Assembly (NCBI GenBank): GCA_026936335.1
Contig: JAPMXV010000028.1
Location: 26,381-90,380, forward strand
DNA: 64,000 nucleotides
Source: Mantamonas sphyraenae STR306
Lineage: Eukaryota > Protista > CRuMs
Direction of reading: 5' to 3'
The notes under the pieces were generated by a model that did not search any database, was not told the origin of the DNA, and saw only the letters and a list, made by a program, of their open reading frames with translations. The stretch's first letter is position 1. Each line of letters begins with the position of its first letter. The position numbers and the translations under genes are program-made. Shown here piece by piece: positions 56,901-64,000 of the stretch.

Positions 56901-59900
56901 CGTCTGCTCCGTTGTACTGTGTCACTCCACGGTACACCATGTTCGACAGTGCTGCGTTCACAGCCGTGATCGACCCGTCAAACACAATCCACGTGTCGTT
57001 CACTCCGTCGCCACTGCCAAACGTCAGACCCGTCGTGCTGCCCAGCCACAGGCTGCCTGCGCTCACACTCACGTTCACTCGGAACGCAAATCCGGCCACG
57101 TCCACATCGCTCACGCTGATGCCACCAATCGTCAGATCCGTGTCCTCAGCCACACTCTGTGCACTCGGCAGAGTGATCACCAGCGCGTCGTTCACACCAT
57201 TCACAGTGATCGCCACACTCTGGCTGTCTGTCTGCTCACCGCCGGCTCCCGTGTTGCCCTTGTCGCGCACGCTCAGTTCGAGCGAGTCGCTGCCAAAGAA
57301 GTGCAGGTCGCCGTGGTACACCACCTGCCCGATGGCCGCGTTCAGCGCCGTCACCGTGCCGTTCAGCACCAGACTGCGTCCTCCGTTGCTTGTGCCAGAC
57401 ACAAACGTCACGCCGCCTGCGTTCACGCTCGTCAGCACACCATGCGTCACCGTCAAGTTCATCTCCATGGACTCTCCGCCCACGTCAATGTCCGTCACAG
57501 TGATGCCTGCAATCGTCAGATCCGTGTCCTCGTCCACGTTCACTCCACCCACAGGTGTGATGGCAGGGCGGTCGTTCACCTGCGTCACCGTGATGCCCAC
57601 GCTGCCGCTGTCTGTCAACTCTCCGCCCACACCCACGTTGCCCAGGTCACTCACGCGCACCACAAGCGTGTCTGCGCCGTTGTAATCCTGTGCCCCGCGG
57701 TACACCAGCACACCCAGTGCCGTCTGCACCTGGGTCAGCGTGCCCGTGAAGCTCATCGTCGCGTCCGACGCACCGTCGCCAACACTGAATGTCAGGCCCG
57801 TCGTCGTCACTGCGGTCACCACACCCTGGCTCACGCTCACGTTCGCCTGGAATGCGTTGCCTGCAACGTCCACGTCCGTCACGCTGATGCCGTTGATCGT
57901 CAGATCCACGTCCTCAGCCACACTCTGTGCAGACACAACACTCAGCACAGGGCCGTCGTTCACGGCCACAACCGTGATCGCCACGTTTGCGACGTCCGAC
58001 TGCACACCTCCCAGACCACTGTTACCAAGATCGTCCACCCGAACAACAAGGGTGTCCGCCCCGTTGTAGTGCGTGTTGGCGCGATACACCACAGTCAACA
58101 CCGCCGCATTCAGCGCAGTCACGTTGCCTTGCATATTCACAGACCCATCAGCAATACCATCGCCAGAGCTGAAATACACCCCCGAGACAGATGCACCCGG
58201 AAGGGTAAGCACGCCCTGAGACACACTCAAGTTGAGTCGCATGTCACCAGCACCGACGTCCGAGTCAGCCAGCGACAAACCAGTCAGCGTCAGATCAGCG
58301 TCTTCGTTCACAAGGGCACTCGACACCACGGTAATCACAGGCGCATCGTTCACCTCGGCCACAGTCACCACAATCACGGCACTGTCACCCAGCGCTCCAC
58401 CCGCGCCCGTGTTGCCCAGATCGTTCACACTCAACACCACGCTGTCCGTGCCCTGGAAGTTCGCGTTGCCACGATACACCAGGTTCGTCAGCGCTGCGTT
58501 CACGTTGGTCAACGTGCCCGTGAAACGCACCGTTGCGTCGCTGCTGCCGTTGCCAGCACCAAACACAAGGCCGCTCGTGCTGCCCAGCCACATCTGACCA
58601 GACGTCACACTCACGTTCACGGCAACCACACCGGCTGCTGCGTCCACATCTGCCACGCTGATACCGCCGATCGTCAGGTCGGTCTCCTCGTTCACGTTCT
58701 GTCCACCAGGCACAGTCAACACAGGCGCGTCGTTCACCGCACTCACACTCACACCAATCGTGCGCGTGTCGTTCAATGCCGATCCGCCTGTGTTGCCTTG
58801 ATCATTCACTGTCAACGTGATCACATCTGCACCTTCAAAGTGGGCGTTGCCGCGATACGCCAGGCCACTCGCAATCATCGACGCGTTGAACGCCTGCTGC
58901 GATGCCGTGAACTCCACACGGCTGTCTGACACTCCGTCGCCAACCACAAACGTGAAACCCGTGGTTGTACCAAAAGTCACAACACCGTTCACGCTCGTCA
59001 CATTGAAGTACATCTGTCCGGTTCCCGCGTCCGTGTCGCTCACACTGATACCGTTGATCACCAGCGTCGTGTCTTCCACAGCGCTCTGACCACCGGGCAC
59101 GCTCAGCACAGGTCCATCGTTCACACTCGCGACCACGATGCTCACCACATTCGACGCAGACAAAACGCCACCACTTCCGGTGTTGCCATTGTCATCCACA
59201 GAGACAAGCAGGCTATCCACACCGACAAAGTTGGCATCGCCGTGGTAGACAACGCTGGCAAGTGCCGCGTTCACCGCGGTCAGCGTGCCCTCTGCACGCA
59301 CACGCACATCAGACACTCCGTCGCCCTCTGCGAACACAAGGCCCGTCGTGCTTGCCAACCAAACGCGACCGTTGCTAACGCTCACGTTGAAACGCACGTT
59401 GCTGCCCGCCACATCCACGTCACTCACGCTAATGCCACCGATCGTCAGATCAGTGTCCTCCACCGCGTTCTGTGCACTGGGCACACTCAATACAGGCCCG
59501 TCGTTCACAGCGCTCACGCTCACAGCGATCGTCGCCGTTGCCGTCTGTTCTCCACCAGATCCACTTGCACCCTGGTCACTCACAGTCACCACAATGCTGT
59601 CGGCCCCGTTGAAATGCACATCTCCCACATACGACACGCCAGATGCCAACGCAGCGTTCACTGCAGTCAAGGTGCCCGAGAACTGCATCTCCTTGTTAGA
59701 GTTGCCACTGCCAAGCGTGAAAGCGAGCCCACTCGTCGATCCGAGCGTCATCACACCACTGGTCGCAGTCAGATTCACAGACACTGCAGATGCCATCACG
59801 TCAACGTCACTCACACTCAGGCCAGTCACATTCACGCTCACATCCTCAGCCGTCGCCACGCTGCTGCTTGTCACACCGATCACAGGCGCGTCGTTTACAG

Positions 59901-62900
59901 CAAGCACGTTGATCACCTGAAGCTTCTCCGTCTCCGTCACCGTGCCGTTCGCACTGCCGAAGCCCTGATCAGACGCCCACACACGCAGCAGCTCAGCACC
60001 ATTCCAGTGCTGCGCACCGCGATACACAAGGCCGTTCAGCGCCGCGTTGATTGCCGTCAGGTTGCCCGAGAAGCGCACATCCGCGTCCGCCGCACCGTCA
60101 CCCTGCGTAAACGTCAACCCTGCAGTGTTGCCAAGGCTCACAAGGCCCTCCGTCACCGTCACGTTCACAAGCATCGTGTCGCCTCCAATGTCCACATCAG
60201 AGATGCTGATGCCATACATGGTCAGGTCCGTGTCCTCGTTCACGCTCTGCGTGTCCAGCACCGTGATGTTCACCTTGTCGTTCACCGCGTTCACAACCAG
60301 AAGCTTGCTGGCGGAAGCTGACAGCGCCCCACCAGCTCCAGTACCTCCGTTGTCACTAACGCCAACGACCACGTTGTCCAATCCGTTGAAGTCCAGGTTG
60401 CCCTGGTACTGCAGCGTCGCCAACGCACTGTTCACACTCGTCAGCGTGCCTGAAAACACCATCGACGCATCAGCAGCTCCGTCGCCACTTGAAAACACAA
60501 GTCCCGTCGACGAACCCAGGGTCAACACACCACGGCTCACGCTTACGTTCACCGTCATGCTTGTTCCAGCGACATCCACATCCGCCACAGAGATCCCTGT
60601 GACACCGAGGAGTTCGTCTTCGTCCACATTCTGGGCTCCACCCACAGCGACCGAAGGTGCGTCGTTCACAGCATTCACAGTCACAGACACATTGGCCGCA
60701 TCGCTCAGAGCACCACCAATGCCCACGGCTCCCTGGTCGTTCACAGTAACCAGCACCGTGTCCGCTCCGTTGTAGTGCGTGTTGCCACGGTACACCACAC
60801 TGCTCATCGCCGTGTTGATGTTCGTCAGGCTGCCTCGGAAGCGCATCACGGCGTTCAGCGACGGACCGCCCGTCAAACGTCAGGCCCGTCGTCGTGCCGC
60901 CAAGCGTCAGAACACCGCTGCTCACCTGCAGATCAACCACAAGTTCGTTCGCAGCCACGTCCACATCGCTCACGCTGATGCCACCGAGCGCAATGTCCGT
61001 GTCCTCCATGCCGCTCTGCGCACTCGGCACACTCAGAACAGGCGCGTCGTTCACACCTGCCACAGTCACCGCAATGCTCTGTGCATCGCCCAAAGCACCA
61101 CCCGACCCGGTGTTGCCCAGATCGTTCACTGCAATCGCCACGCTGTCGGCACCCACAAAGTGCAGGTTGCCCTGGTACACCATCTCGGACAGCGCCGCAT
61201 TCACAGACGTCAGGTTGCCGACCACACGCAGGCTGGCATCACCGCTGCCACTGCCTGCTTCCACTCCAAGGCCGGCCAGGGACTTCAACCACACACGACC
61301 CGAAGCCACACTCACGTTGACTTGCAGCAGCCCTGCACCCACGTCGACGTCGGTCACCGAAACACCCGTGATCGTCAACTGAACGTCCTCGTTCACGTTC
61401 TGTCCACCAGGCACAGTCAGCACACAGGCGCGTCGTTCACCGCACTCACACTCACACCAATCGTGCGCGTGTCGCCCAGTGCTCCACCCGTGCCACTTGC
61501 TCCCTGGTCGTTCACTGTCACCGTGATCGTGTCTCCTCCATTGTACTGCGCGTCTCCACGGTACACAATGTTGTTCAGCGCCGCGTTTGCGTTTGTCAGC
61601 GTCGCCACAAAGCGCACATCCTTCGTGCCCGATGCTGCTCCGTCCACAATCGTCACGCCGCTCATGCTGCCCAGTGTCACCACACCCTGGCTTGCGCTCA
61701 CGTTCACCAGCAGCAGACTGCCCGCAATGTCCACATCGCTCACGCTGATGCCACCAATCGTCAGATCCGTGTCCTCAACGCCGCTCTGTCCACTCGGCAC
61801 ACTCAGCACAGGCGCGTCGTTCACGCTCGACACAGTCACAACAATGCTGCCACTGTCTCCAAGCACTCCGCCACTGCCCGTGTTGCCACCGTCGTTCACG
61901 CTCACCACAATGCTGTCCACTCCGTTGAACGCACTGTCCGGCATGTACACAACTGTCGCCAGCGCGTTGTTCACATCCGTCACGCTGCCGCTGAACTCCA
62001 CCCGTCCGTCGCTGCTGCCGTTGCCTGCACTGAACACAAGGCCGTTCGTGCTCGCCAGCCACACTCGGCCAGCACTCACACTCACGTTCACGTTCATCGC
62101 TCCGCCCGGCAACGTCCACGTCCGCCACACTCACGCCGCTCACTGTCAGCGCAGTGTCCTCGGCCGTGCTCTGTGCCCCAGGCACACTCAGCACAGGTGC
62201 GTCGTTCACAGCCACCACGTTGATCACAAGCGTCTTGTTCGACACCTGCTCACCACCGCTGCCGACTGCTCCCTGGTCAGACACCCACACAACAAGCCCG
62301 TCTGCTCCGTTGTACTGTGTCACTCCACGGTACACCATGTTCGACAGTGCTGCGTTCACAGCCGTGATCGACCCGTCAAACACAATCCACGTGTCGTTCA
62401 CTCCGTCGCCACTGCCAAACGTCAGACCCGTCGTGCTGCCCAGCCACAGGCTGCCTGCGCTCACACTCACGTTCACTCGGAACGCAAACCCGGCCACGTC
62501 CACATCGCTCACGCTGATGCCACCAATCGTCAGATCCGTGTCCTCAGCCACACTCTGTGCACTCGGCAGAGTGATCACCAGCGCGTCGTTCACACCATTC
62601 ACAGTGATCGCCACACTCTGGCTGTCTGTCTGCTCACCGCCGGCTCCCGTGTTGCCCTTGTCGCGCACGCTCAGTTCGAGCGAGTCGCTGCCAAAGAAGT
62701 GCAGGTCGCCGTGGTACACCACCTGCCCGATGGCCGCGTTCAGCGCCGTCACCGTGCCGTTCAGCACCAGACTGCGTCCTCCGTTGCTCGTGCCAGACAC
62801 AAACGTCACGCCGCCTGCGTTCACGCTCGTCAGCACACCATGCGTCACCGTCAAGTTCATCTCCATGGACTCTCCGCCCACGTCAATGTCCGTCACAGTG

Positions 62901-64000
62901 ATGCCTGCAATCGTCAGATCCGTGTCCTCGTCCACGTTCACTCCACCCACAGGTGTGATGGCAGGGCGGTCGTTCACCTGCGTCACCGTGATGCCCACGC
63001 TGCCGCTGTCTGTCAACTCTCCACCCACACCCACGTTGCCCAGGTCACTCACGCGCACCACAAGCGTGTCTGCGCCGTTGTAATCCTGTGCCCCGCGGTA
63101 CACCAGCACACCCAGTGCCGTCTGCACCTGGGTCAGCGTGCCCGTGAAGCTCATCGTCGCGTCCGACGCACCGTCGCCCACACTGAATGTCAGGCCCGTC
63201 GTCGTCACTGCGGTCACCACACCCTGGCTCACGCTCACGTTCGCCTGCAATGCGTTGCCCGCAACGTCCACGTCCGTCACGCTGATGCCGTTGATCGTCA
63301 GATCCACGTCCTCAGCCACACTCTGTGCAGACACAACACTCAGCACAGGGCCGTCGTTCACAGCCACAACCGTGATCGCCACGTTCGCCGTGTCGTTCAG
63401 TGCTCCTCCCAGACCACTGTTGCCGAGGTCGTCCACAAACACAGCCAGCGTATCCGCTCCGTTGTAGTTGCTGTTTGCCACGTACGTCACGCTGCCCAAA
63501 GCCGCGTTCACATCCGTCACCGTGCCGTTGCACTCAATCGTGCTGTCAGACACGCCGTCACCAACAGCAAACAACAGTCCGCTTGTGCTACCCAGGCTCA
63601 ACACACACCTGTGACACACTCAGACGCAGTTGCATGCGCGCGCTGCCAACGTCGCCATCGACCACGCTCAGACCGCCAATGGCACTGCTCGTGTCTTCGT
63701 TCACACTTCACACTGGCCGGTGCCGTCAGCACAGGCGCATCGTTCACTTCGGCCACAGTCACCACAATCACGGCACTGTCACCCAGCGCTCCACCCGCGC
63801 CCGTGTTGCCCAGATCGTTCACACTCAACACCACGCTGTCCGTGCCCTGGAAGTTCGCGTTGCCACGATACACCAGGTTCGTCAGCGCTGCGTTCACGTT
63901 GGTCAACGTGCCCGTGAAACGCACCGTTGCGTCGCTGCTGCCGTTGCCAGCACCAAACACAAGGCCGCTCGTGCTGCCCAGCCACATCTGACCAGACGTC
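41903..64000 (-). CDS. Giant cell-surface adhesin-like protein (>7,300 aa, 5' end outside window): ~45 cadherin-like/bacterial Ig-like 'VNDAP' repeats, six 'DPD..D...GD' repeats, ~3 TM, Pro-rich tail
   Basis: ORFs 63598-63987, 61775-63619, 61417-62130, 60470-61423, 48409-60876, 44924-48568, 44136-44912, 42445-44520 and 41903-42496 form one protein when 1-2-nt indels are corrected. The repeat consensus is VNDAP.......ED.......ISVSDVD...G.LT.VNAAL..L.Y.G...F.G.D.L.V.V.D.GN.G.GG. Confidence 0.88.
53298..58771. repeat. Near-perfect direct tandem duplication, period 2694 bp (7 adhesin domains)
   Basis: Matching ORFs are offset by exactly 2694 (53372/56066, 55046/57740, 55538/58232), with only scattered SNPs. 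Confidence 0.95.
60655..63387. repeat. Further near-identical copy of 52564-~55296 (offset ~8.09 kb)
   Basis: Direct sequence match beginning AGGTGCGTCGTTCACAGCATTCACAG at 52564 and 60655. 51835-52190 also matches 59930-60290, and 55645-55915 matches 63735-64000. Confidence 0.9.

Noticed and set aside
52684-58929. 2081-aa plus-strand ORF and other long antisense ORFs (58-1551, 19614-22547, 23280-26408, 32202-34730, 60779-63991)
   Set aside because: Shadow frames of strongly codon-biased genes on the opposite strand. They are His/Arg/Val-rich with no recognisable motifs.
3297-63720. Programmed frameshifting or pseudogenisation to explain breaks near 3307, 3700, 14015, 29931, 42500, 44140, 44955, 48428, 60875, 61421, 62106 and 63590-63720
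   Set aside because: The breaks mix insertions and deletions, often in homopolymer or dinucleotide runs. There is no shared slippery motif and no in-frame nonsense decay, and intact sister repeats show the correct sequence. Consensus errors are most likely; read polishing would decide.
41903-64000. Bacterial contamination as the source of the adhesin
   Set aside because: It has a eukaryote-style TM and Pro-rich tail, many N-glycosylation sequons, the same strand-specific codon bias as neighbouring minus-strand genes, and a contiguous microsatellite-bearing spacer.
1-64000. tRNA, rRNA or other structured RNA genes
   Set aside because: None recognisable by eye and noncoding space is small. 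A covariance-model scan would be needed to exclude intronic snoRNAs.

Overview
Very compact eukaryotic nuclear DNA (GC-rich, standard genetic code, short GT-AG introns, (CA)n microsatellites) from a flagellated, probably unicellular organism that I cannot name. In order, the window holds: the 5' part of axonemal dynein DNAH10 (-); an SQ/TQ-rich GATA-finger plus tandem-BRCT protein; an acidic hypothetical gene; a secreted acidic/poly-Arg/Cys precursor; a cluster of four PROPPIN (ATG18/WIPI) paralogs interleaved with a 2-TM microprotein and TAM41; a CRT-like transporter; and USP7. Next is a 12.7-kb structure in which two ~3.9-kb near-identical inverted arms, each carrying a full PABP gene, flank a 5-kb four-gene cassette (MPPE1/Cdc1-like phosphoesterase, PILS/AEC transporter, thioredoxin-fold protein, MMAA). 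The window ends with a CaaX-terminated kinesin-3, an extended adenylate kinase, and the 3' 22 kb of a giant (>7,300 aa) apparently intronless membrane protein built from bacterial-adhesin-like 'VNDAP' repeats with hierarchical repeat structure. The strongest leads are the inversion with inverted duplication (orphan gene ends at both breakpoints), the orientation-dependent C/G skew that polarises it, the four-PROPPIN cluster, the giant adhesin, and the novel secreted precursor. About a dozen isolated indels look like long-read consensus errors. All assignments come from manual translation and motif recognition; no database searches were run.
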